Positions 9,803 through 20,291 of a stretch of DNA of 32,000 bases are shown piece by piece. The first letter of the stretch is position 1. Each line of letters begins with the position of its first letter. A program made the translations under genes and the position numbers. The stretch lies in contig BAAFSQ010000052.1 in assembly GCA_054661495.1 (NCBI GenBank), forward strand, positions 20,091 through 52,090, read 5' to 3'. The DNA comes from Zygophlyctis sp. KS116. Its lineage: Eukaryota; Fungi; Chytridiomycota. A model generated the notes under the pieces. It did no database searches. It worked only from the letters and a program-made list of their open reading frames with translations, and had not been told where the DNA came from.

Positions 9803-11417
9803 ATGAAAGCCAATTATTTGCTAAACTTTAGTTTTCCAAAGAATCCGATTGAGAGCCCAAAAAAGAAGAAGCAATTCACTGCTCAGTTTGATAAGAATGT
9901 CTTTATGAATGCAAAGTATTTATTTAATGCTCACCTTTTAGTTTTCAGTGGGTGATGCAAGATGCAAAGACTGCTAGTGGATTATTATCTAATCCTGATG
10001 CCATTGTGGAATGGGGACAAGTTGCTTTTATAATAACTTCAATTACCAATTGCCCAATATGCTTAACTGAACCCACAATACCAAAATGCACCAAATGCGG
10101 GCATATTTATTGCTGGACATGCATTCTTCAGTATCTAGAAACAAACTATAAGTGTCCGATTTGTTATGAATATGTTTCATCTGAAGATTTAAGAAGCGTC
10201 ATAGGAAAGCCAGATGTAAATTATGAGCAAAAACAACTCACAATGAAGCTTTTAAAGAGGAATTCTGTAAGTATATTGTATTTATAATACTTTCAAGACT
10301 TCCAATAGGCTTGCTCTAAAAAATGGTCAATTGTATAGTGAGGAGCTGCCATACTTTGAAGATGAAGAAATTTCACCATTTTCGAGACATTTAATAATTA
10401 GAAAGCAAACGTTACTGATGCTTATCAATAAAGATAAAGATACTCTCTCAAGTTTCTCAGAGTTATTGAAAATGGAACAAGAGAGCTGGTTGGAAATTCA
10501 AGGGTATCTACCGGCTGGATTATCAAATGATTTGCCCTTTATAGAAATTGCAATCAAAAAATTAGATGAAAAAATAGAATCTATAAAGAATGAAAAATCG
10601 ACAGAAAATAATCATCGGATGATTTTAGTTCCAGACTATTATTTTTTCATGGATTCTAGGGGTGAACATACGTATTTATCACATTTGGATATCAAAATAT
10701 TGAAACAAGAATTCTGCAATTATTGTGATTTTCCAGAAGACATTCAGGTCCAGATTCTGGCTTTGTCTGATTTGCAACTGGATGAGGTAAGTGGATTCCT
10801 TTTTAATGATTAAAGGGTTTCCGGAAGCGAATGAAGTATTTAAGTCATCTTCCGTTGAATTGCAGCATTGTAAGGAATAATCTTCTAAAATATAAAGAAG
10901 TTGCTTGATATTGACTGGGATAGGACAAATTTGGTTACAAAGGAAACCTTGGATATTTTTTCTAGTATTTTTGTTAATTTAATTGAAAGAAGAATTATCA
11001 GACAGGAAGCGTCGCATCTTGAAAATTCAAAAGAAGGAATTTAGAGAATCAAACAGTCTAAACGTTAAAATGAATCTCTCAGAGCAGGCTATCTCAGATC
11101 CTCCTCTTCCAACTCCTGATGACTTTCCTCAAGGCCTAATCAAGCCTTCATCACTTGAAAAGGAATATAATGGACCTTCTTTTGCAAGCATGACCAAAAA
11201 GGCTCCCGGCACTTTGCCCTTCTCCCCAACAAGGAATTCTAAAGCTCGTTTGATTGTTGATGAGAATGAAAATGAACTTTCAGACTCTTTAGGATGGACT
11301 TTGGATCTTGAAGACATGCTTCTTGAGGGAGAAAATTCTAAAATATCTATTAACGGGAAGAAAAAAACCAAGAAAAAATCTGTTCTTAATAATGGAAGTA
11401 GTAGGAGACGCACTTGA
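9803..11417 (+). CDS. MAG2: RING-finger E3 ubiquitin ligase, RNF10/Mag2 family
   Basis: N-terminal NYLLNF and FDKNVFMNANFQWV; C3HC4 RING CPIC...CGHIYCWTC...CPIC; YLSHLDIKIL and RKRMKYLSHLPL. Five short introns, including 9916-9941 and 10267-10297. Confidence 0.85.
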
Positions 11418-11899
11418 AATGGAAAGCGTATGCATTTCAACAGCAGGATCATGGTAATGATTCAGCTTATCATTTCAACACATTTTGCTTGTTTCGGCAC
11501 AAGCCATCAGAATCTGATTGATGATTGCTTCGCCAATATGCAAGCCTTGGCTACCAAGTGTTAAATTATTTGGCTAATGTATTTCACACAGGATGAAGAC
11601 CAAACTATTTTTGACGAATAACTCAAAGATGATACTATCTTTTTGTTGTGATCTGACTGCTTCAAAAGAAGCTAGAATATATTTTGAATGCTCATAATTA
11701 AACGATGATTTTCAGTTATTGAATATGATTTTGATGTTATTCTATGAAATAAGGCATTACTGATCTCGCTCTCGACGCCGATCATGTTCGGACAACCCAT
11801 TATAATTAAAGCCAGCGTATAGTTTCATGGCACTCCAAATAAAATCATCATAAAAAGAAATATCTATTCAAAGCTATGAAAGTGATTGCTCTTCTATAT

Positions 11900-12274
11900 C
11901 TATTGACAAGTACCTCCAACATCTGGAATATTAAACAAGACGCAAGTCAATCCACTGGCACAAATAGGGGCGTTCATGATAAAACCTCCACAATGTTCTC
12001 CTTTCCCAACAGTTCTTGGAGCCGATGTCTCTAACCTAGCAGCTTTCTCTAATGCAGTTGCGGTTATTGCTATGCATACTCCTGGAAGATCATGAATACC
12101 TGTAGGATAATAGCATTCTAGACCCTCTTGGCATTGAATACTTGGTGTGATTGGTCCGCCACAAATTTCCCCGCGAGCTGCTAATTTTATCTATATAGTT
12201 ATGTCATTAAAGCTTACTTTTTGGCAATCAGCAGTTGCTGATAAAATGGCTAGAAGAAGATGTGAAAGCTTCAT
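11900..12274 (-). CDS. Small secreted protein (115 aa) with two 4-Cys repeats; not in the ORF track
   Basis: Exon 1 (12274-12218) MKLSHLLLAILSATADCQK; 27-nt intron 12191-12217; exon 2 encodes GEICGGPITPSIQCQEGLECYYPTGIHDLPGVC and GEHCGGFIMNAPICASGLTCVLFNIPDVGGTCQ*. Confidence 0.88.
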
Positions 12275-12283
12275 AATCGGACG

Positions 12284-12321
12284 ACGCGAAATTGACACGA
12301 AATTCACGCGAAATTGACACG
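12284..12321. promoter_or_regulatory. Three CRCGAAA motifs (SCB/E2F-like) at an 11-bp period in a 62-bp divergent intergenic region
   Basis: CGCGAAA at 12285, CACGAAA at 12296, CGCGAAA at 12307; the 16-mer ACGCGAAATTGACACG occurs at 12284 and 12306. Confidence 0.55.
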
Positions 12322-12336
12322 TTTGCGACAGTTGAA

Positions 12337-13161
12337 ATGTCTAAATTCATAACGATTATAAAGAGATCTATTTCTTCGGGATCAGTAAATATACATTACA
12401 GAGATGGAATAGTGGAGGTTAGTTTGCAAAGTCAGAGGAAAAATTCACTTTCGTTGGCAATGATGAGCAACTTAAGTGATCTGCTAGATACTTTGCACCA
12501 GAAAAATGATGAATTATTTGGATTGATCTTGAGTGGTGAAAATGAAACATTCTGTTCAGGGTTCGATCTCAAATCTGTTGGAAACGATTCTGGAGATATT
12601 GCTACTCAAATGTGTACTATAATGCATTCCAACTATTTGAAATTTGCATCCCTGCCATTGGTTACAGTTGCAGCTATTGAGGGATATGCATTGGGTGGTG
12701 GAGCAGAGCTTACAGCGTGAGATCAATTTTATTAACTCTATAGCTGGTGCGATCATCGAATAATGAGTAAAAGTGCAACATTAAGATTTGTGCAGGCAAA
12801 AATGGGAGTTTCTCCGGGTTGGGCCGGTGGGATAGCATTGTCTAGCATAGTAGGAAAATCTAAAGCTCTACAGATTTTTAATGGGACTAGAAAAATGAAT
12901 GGTTTGGATGCAAAAGAAATTGGTTTTGTGGAAAAAGTTGTCGAAACGGGCTCGTGTAAGAGGGAAGCAAGAGAGCTTTTAAAGAGTTATCTAAATTCTG
13001 CTGATGGATCAATGAATGCCATCAAAGGCATAAAGAAGGCACTTATGGCGGATCAGGATCTGCTTCGTGCGGCTTTAGCGAGGGAGAGAGATAGCTTTCT
13101 TACATTATGGGGAGGTGAAGACAATAAAAAAGCAATTTCAAATTCATTAAAGAAAAAGTAA
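12337..13161 (+). CDS. Crotonase-fold protein resembling ethylmalonyl-CoA decarboxylase (ECHDC1-like)
   Basis: FCSGFDL, GYALGGGAELTAWCDHRIM and RFVQAKMGVSPGWAGG; intron 12717-12743; ATG at 12337. Confidence 0.8.
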
Positions 13162-13186
13162 TATATTGTACATCGAAAACATAATT

Positions 13187-16100
13187 TTAGGCTTTCTTGG
13201 ATGACCGTTTCCTGTTTGATTTCGGTGCCATTGCCTTAAAGGTACAATCTTGAGTTTGTCCTTCCCAAACTTGCATCAAGTCTAAGAATTCATCAAGTTT
13301 ACAAGACATTATTGTTTCATCAGCATTTTCAAAGATGGACAATGATCCTAAATTTAATTCAACTGAATCAATTCGATCTGCTGGTTTTTCTGGCTTGATG
13401 GAATCAGATGACTTATACTGGGCCAACTTACTAACACGTTATTTCAAAATAATTACGTGTCGTCAATATCGTATACTCTCTGAAGAAAAGTCATTAGCTT
13501 AATCAGCATTATTAGAGATGCAGCACATTTGAACAGAAGAGACAAAGGCAGAGTGTCTTCAACTAAAAATCAAAATGGTTTGAAACTTACGGCCAGACTG
13601 AAAATCTTCAATCAAAGAAACTAAAGATTCTCCTGCAAGAGATAAAATTCGATTTCCTTGAGATAAAACAAACATAACTTCCTCCATAAATTTGTATTCC
13701 AATAATGAGAGATTGAATGTCAAAAATCCATACAATAAAACATCAACCTTGCATTAATTTTGACATATATATACCTCATCTTCAGTTATGCATTTGAAGT
13801 CCAAGTCAAAGAATTTGATACAATTCGAGAAAAAATCATTTCTTCTGTAGGCTTTACCTTGACTGACCAAATCATACAGAACATATATCATGGCTTCTTT
13901 TTTCTCAATAAATGATCCATCTTCATTCACTACACATGATACAATGTGCGCTATATTGTTGAGATTTAATAAAATACCCTGTAAAAAATCACTTTTGTTC
14001 GCTTGAGAAACTTTCTGAAATTTGTAAATCATTTTGAAACATTCGATATTTTTTGAATGAATAAAGCTAGCATGCCGTTGGACGAGTTCTTTATGTATTG
14101 CGATGGCCTTTGACCGAACACACGCCTGTGGATGAGTTTCCAGAGCGACTATGTAGGGAATGCACTTAAAATTAAAATAATTTTAAAATACAGAAAGAGG
14201 ATGTCCCAATCCCTGTATGACAATTATTTCTAATATATCAGATGCTAGCAGAACCAAGTCTTGAGATCTAGACAATATAAGCTCTAAAACATCTGGTAAA
14301 AATAATTGCGTAATCGATGCAACAGCGTTGGCTTTCCCCAAATCATCTGAGCATCCCACTAAAATTCCCATATCGACCTTTTTATAAGAACTTTTAGCTG
14401 TCTTTCCATTCTGAGAGGCTAATGGTTGAATAAACAATCATATACCTTTACTTTGGAGTTGATCCCTTTGCAATAATAGTAAAAATATTTTTAGCAAATC
14501 CTTTTGAAAGATTATGATATTTCCATGGAATATTTCACGCATTATATTCTGAGATACTTCCGACTGCATCAAATTGGGACTGGCAACGAAAACGTTTCCT
14601 TGATTTTCAAATATGATAAATATTACCCATAGCTGATAAGGCAATTGATCTCAGCGAAGATTCATTTCCCGGCTTTGAATAGAAATTTGTCATGAATGCA
14701 AGCGAAACTTCCATAACACTCATCTAATAAATGAGAGCCATTGGTCTTACATTAGGAAAAGAAAGCAATATTTGACTTAAAGAACCAACTGGGCATTAAC
14801 AATTCTCATTTACTTACCTATTTCAGGAGAATCACAATCACAGTTTCGTATAAAATGAGACAATACCAGTAAACAGCGGCAAACATTTTTACTATTAGAC
14901 GGCGGATTATTGTGAGCTTCCTCGGTAGTTTTTTGTAAAGTTTCTGTATATGAATTAGTGAAATGCTCACCTAAGCAAGTTCGCAATACAAAGGAAACTT
15001 TGGCCCAATTTTTTGTAACTTTCACAGCAGAAATTAAGCATGGGATTGATACAGATACAAGCTAAGTCTGAAAATAATAAAACAAATACCATTTGAGAGC
15101 CACGAGTCAAAATTACGAGAATGTCATTTTCTATTTCTGAAAATATTTTGATGTCTGGATCTTCTACACGAGAGAGGATGTTTTTTAAAATCACGACCAC
15201 ATTATGAAGCATTTGACCATCAGCTTTCACATTATTTCCTTTACCCGGAGATAAATTCTAAAACGTTAGCGAAAGAGAATACTTCAATAAGCTTTAAGTA
15301 TGGGTGCATCATATTCACGTAGCTGCGAAACATGTCAGGGTAGTATTCACTGAGAATACATAAAAGCTCTATAATTGTAGCCGAAATATCCTGTGTGTGA
15401 ATAAAAATCGCATCTTACATCATTGATAGCATCTATCTCTAAAAGCCTGAAAAATAGACAATCAATGACATGTTTGAAAACACATTTTTCGTAAAATAAC
15501 TGCTGATCGCATTGAGCATTCTGATCCATAAAATACTTGAAATTCAAAGAGAATGATGTGTTTGATTTAAAACAGCCGACAAGGAGATCAGTTCTAAAAC
15601 CAACTTCCATTTTTTGAACATTAGTAAGATTCATCCATTTTTCTTGTAAGTAGTCCAAATTTGGTTCTTTGTGAGTTACTGCAGAATTAAAAGAGAAGGG
15701 CGAAAGTATTGTTTCAAAAATAAGCTTTGAAGCGAGCGCCTGTTTGTTAATTAAATTGTTAATACGTACCGATACCGTTTCTTCTGAATCCACCACTCTC
15801 GAGAATAATTTTGAAACAATATCTACTGATAAATTTTCGATATTTGCTAGATAAATTTCACGAAGTAGTTTCATCACCCTCTTCCGAACGCCAGTGCTTA
15901 CATCCTAATAATAAATAATTCATTAGAAAGTACAAGAACTCTTTGAGAAATCAAAGGATAGAATATATCCAAATATTGCTTCTGTTTGATGAATTTACCC
16001 AAAAAATCAATCACTGATTCTCTAACGCTCGCACTCTGGTCATGTAGTAGCTGTTTTAGCTGCATAATAAGAGAGTCGGTAAGAATTGATTCTGTATTCA

Positions 16101-18004
16101 GAATGGCCAATTCTTGAATTGATTTAAGTGCTTTATTCCTGATAGATACATTAACATGATCGAGGCTATGAATCATACGTTGAAACAATTGATCAAAAGA
16201 CTGAAAGAGAACGCCTAGAGAGATATTAAACAAATAGCCATTCTGTAGAGCGGGATCATAATTCTTAATTTCTTCATCGCTAAATGTTATTTTTAGGGAT
16301 AAACCTTGTTTCTAAACAATGATGAGTAAGCCACAAGAGAAATGAGTCTTTGTTTAAACTTTCAAGTTGAGAAGATGCCCATGATACTGCAAGAAAATCA
16401 TGAGAATGCTAAAATCAGAATTTAAATATTTCATACTAATGAATGAATTTTCAGAGAAAGTAAAATGCTTTTCCGAACTGATTCAAGGGAGCTGTCAGAT
16501 GAAAAACTTTTTACAATACGAGAAAGTTCTGTAATCCGAAGCAATAGCTTACCAATGCATTCGAGGACTTTGAACATTAAAACTGAAAATCTTACATATA
16601 GCCCGCAAACTTACATCTGAACTTTTTTGACTGTCCAAATAATCAATCTAAGATAAGAGAATGAAACTTTACAGCAATACGAGAAAACGACAATAGTACA
16701 AGCTCAGCAACTGGCCAGAATACATTTCCAAATACTTGGAGCGTGTCTGCTAAAAATGTCATCAGTACTCCTTTCCCACTATCGATAGCAATAGACTTTT
16801 TTCGTTCACTTTTATCTATAGAAATTATTCTTTGAATCATATGATTAAAACAAAACATTATAATTTGACTAGATGAAGTTAAATGTTCTGAACAAAGATT
16901 CATAAACTATAATTTCTTAAAAATTTACTTTATACCTGAATTGAGCAGTCCCCAGTAGCTTTAAATGTTACACTTAATTCATTTAATTCTTCTCTTGTAA
17001 AACAACAATTTGCCTGAATCAATGATAGTAATAAAACACTAGTTAATTGCAAAGCTTGACCATTTTCAAGACTAAAATTTAAAATTAATCAAATATTACT
17101 AGTATAGCGGCTGCTGTGAGTCTAAATGACACTTGAAAACAGTTGATACGGTTTCTTGAATTAAAAAGTGACAATGTTCCTTGTAATAGACATAAATCCC
17201 AACGATTAAAGGTAAACAATGCTGTTGTAGACTATAAATCCCTAAAGATTTCGTTATTGCAGTTGATTTAATAGGAATCAATGAAAATCCCAAGAATGCC
17301 ATCTTGACTAAGTATATAAAATCACTTACAGTAACTATTTCCTGTGCAGGAATCACCCTTTTACCCACTAAATCATTTAAAACCACCATTAATTTTTCTA
17401 AATCCCCTGAAAACTCTAGACTCCCATTATTATCTTGGTAACCTTGTAAAATCAATTCGACACCCTTTTTAAAAGTAGAAATTATAGTCTTAAAGACTGT
17501 ATCAGAGTAATACTTTTGATCAAGAGAAATCTGATCTGAATTTTCCAAACAAGTATTTATACAAGATGCGTAAATCAAGACTAATTTTACACATTTTTCA
17601 AACGATTGACTAAAATCCGCATCATTAAAATTCCCCAAGATATCAAGAGATGATTGAGCATTTAATCCAGAGACAATTTGATTTAATTCATCCATTGAGC
17701 AATCATTTAAATTTCCATTAATTTTCAATTCTTTGACAATCTTTCGTTTCTTTACAACGGTCGACGGTTGAGCGTCTCTGTCTGTTGATTGGAATGAAGA
17801 TCCAACAGACGCAACAGCCGAATCGGCCAACGGTAAAACATATTTGGACTTTTTGAATCGTAGTTTTAAATTCTTTGCATCTAATTCCAATTTCTTTAAT
17901 TTCTCTGCAGGAATCTCAAGATTCAATTTCTGTTTAAATTGTAGATTTGGGATCAAGTTTATCATTTCAACCTCAGGAAGCAGAGAAGTGACTGTGAAAT
18001 TCAT
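13187..18004 (-). CDS. SCC2: Cohesin loader Scc2/NIPBL (HEAT repeats, many tiny introns)
   Basis: Cohesin-HEAT-like IRNKALKSI...DQSASVRESVIDFLGKF...GVRKRVMKLLREIY and Nipped-B C-terminal-like QGLGHPL...IPYIVALETHP. Not all exon junctions were resolved. Confidence 0.85.
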
Positions 18005-18017
18005 TAAAACTTAAAAT

Positions 18018-19405
18018 TTAACCCTCTTGTCCGAACTCTGCCGTCCAGTTTACATACTTTTCCAAATCACTACCATTCACAGAGGGTCTAACAGTAGATG
18101 CGGCTCTTTGGAAATCATTATATATCAATTCAGGCTCAAGTAATTCATCCGATCCTATACTAGTCCATGATTTCTCTTCGGCCTTGGGATCTCCAGGTGA
18201 ACATGGAGTGTAATGAGGTGTAATTTTAGTAGAGTCAGATCTACTAGGAGCCATCACCTATACTTAATAAATAAAATTACTTTTTTGAAATGTGTAGCCA
18301 TTTGAACTTTACGTACAGGTTCCATTAGGGCATCACGAACCAAAACTGCTATATCAGACCCAGAAAATCTAATTTTTTAAATCTTTTTAAAATTACCCCT
18401 CAGTTTGATCAGCCAACAACTTGAATTCTTTAGTCCCTAGTTTACATGGTGTAGAACCTATATTTAAAGACATCATTTTAGCTCTAGCATGAGGATCAGG
18501 AAGAGGAATGTAAATACGTTTTTCAAATCTTCTACGAATAGCAGGATCTAATCCCCATGGAATATTTGTAGCACCCAATACTAAAATTCCTTGAGTATCA
18601 TTTCCAACACCCTGCATTTGAACTAAAAATTCAGTTTTGATTCTTCTTGAAGCCTCTGATTCTCCTTCTCCACGTGTTCCACACAATGAATCTACTTCAT
18701 CAACAAAAATAATTGCAGGTTTTGACTCTCTAGCTAAAGCAAACAATTGTTTTACAAGTCTTTCAGACTCTCCCATCCATTTTGAGACTAAATCTGAAGA
18801 AGAAACAGAAAAAAAAGTAGAATTAGCTTCAGTAGCAACTGCTTTTGCCAAGTAAGATTTCCCAGTCCCAGGAGGTCCATATAGTAAAATCCCTCTCCAA
18901 GGAGTCCTTTTACCTGTAAACAAGTGAGGAAATTTTATAGGTAAAATAACAGCTTCTTTTAAAGCTTCTTTTGCAGAATCCAGTCCTGCAATATCTTCCC
19001 AGTGCACATTAGGTTTTTCTTCTAAAATAGCACCAGCGAGCGCATTTCTCATTTTTTTAACTTCAGAATCTACATTATCATCTTCCGAGTCAGCATCAGC
19101 CTTTTCCTCTTTATTCCCTGATGAAGCAGACGCAGGAACCATTTTCTTTTTTGATTTATTTAAATATTCCTTTAATTTTTCAGCTCTTTCTAGATACTCT
19201 GTGAATTTTTTACGAATTGTTTCCTTTGTTTTTTCATTTTTTTCATATTTAATTGCCAACATAAAACATTCCAGCGCCGCAGAGTACTGCTTATACGCTT
19301 CCTCGTAATTATTCTGTGCATCCAATTCAGTCGCCTTTTTTACAATATCAATAGCCTTCTATTATTTAGAAAATTCCAAATTACCTCTAAGAAATTGCTA
19401 TTCAT
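18018..19405 (-). CDS. VPS4: ESCRT AAA-ATPase Vps4
   Basis: MIT domain, Walker A GPPGTGKS, Walker [23 protein letters not shown] and C-terminal EFGQEG. Introns 19359-19384, 18369-18396 and 18258-18280. Confidence 0.97.
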
Positions 19406-19430
19406 TTTCGACTCTCAACGCTGGACCTAA

Positions 19431-19478
19431 CTGTTGACTGTTTTTCAGACTGTTTTTTTCTTGTTGACTGTTTTTTTT
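19431..19478. promoter_or_regulatory. GACTGTTTTT x3 in the VPS4/thioredoxin divergent promoter
   Basis: Copies at 19436, 19448 and 19466. Confidence 0.5.
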
Positions 19479-19522
19479 ATTCAAAATTAACAGGTTATAA
19501 AATCCTTTTAAAAAGTGTTTAA

Positions 19523-20006
19523 ATGGTTGCGCAAACAACGTCTGAATCTCAATTCAAGAGCCTTATTAGCAGCTCAAAGGTAACGCTGGTAGACTGGTTT
19601 GCTGAATGGTGTGGGCCTTGCAAGGCGGTGTCTCCTGAACTGGATAAATTGGAAAAGGAGTTTCCAAATGTTCAATTGTATCTAAATCTTATTAATTTCA
19701 AGTATAAAGGTAGATGTTGATAAATTCCCAGATCTAGCAGCTAAATATTCTGTATCGGCAATGCCTACTTTTACGTTTTTTAAAGGAAATTCGGTTTTAA
19801 ATACAATTGTTGGCGCAAACGTTTCACAATTAAAATCTACATTGGCTCAGTATGGATCAGCAGCCTCTTTAAATAGTGGAGGAAGAGTATTGGGAAGTGG
19901 GAAAGTGGCTCAGAATAAATCTAGTGCTCAGAATGGAAATTTGGTATTTTATGGTATAATGGGTGCATTCATTCTATACCTATATTTTACTAATAATAAA
20001 GAATAG
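19523..20006 (+). CDS. Thioredoxin with a C-terminal transmembrane anchor
   Basis: WCGPC active site, VSAMPTF, intron 19678-19702, and tail LVFYGIMGAFILYLYF followed by five polar residues. Confidence 0.9.
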
Positions 20007-20031
20007 CATCTGTGCTTTCATTATGAAAAAA

Positions 20032-20274
20032 TTAGATTGGGCTGTGAGAGTCTGTACAAGATTTGGAAATTTCAGAAATTTCAGATTGGAAATCTAGATT
20101 CCATTCCATGCTTTCCTCTGTAGATGCAGATGCAGATTTAGAAAAATTAGGTGGGGATTTCTTAGATCCCTTACATGGACAGAGAGAGTTTACTAGGAGG
20201 GGGGAATATTTAATTCTCTTGGGATCAGAGAGTGGTACAAGCATATAGGATACAGGGGTCTCATAATATTGCAT
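20032..20274 (-). CDS. Possible small protein (80 aa), unknown
   Basis: ATG-initiated ORF filling almost the whole gap between the thioredoxin and PAS genes; no recognisable domain. Confidence 0.35.
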   Translation of the reverse strand: MQYYETPVSYMLVPLSDPKRIKYSPLLVNSLCPCKGSKKSPPNFSKSASASTEESMEWNLDFQSEISEISKSCTDSHSPI

Positions 20275-20291
20275 AGTAAAAATAGGGTTTT

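Noticed and set aside
6341-18004. SPO11, SCC2 and the SWIB gene as a chromosome-biology cluster
   Set aside because: They are interspersed with unrelated genes, so proximity is explained by gene density.
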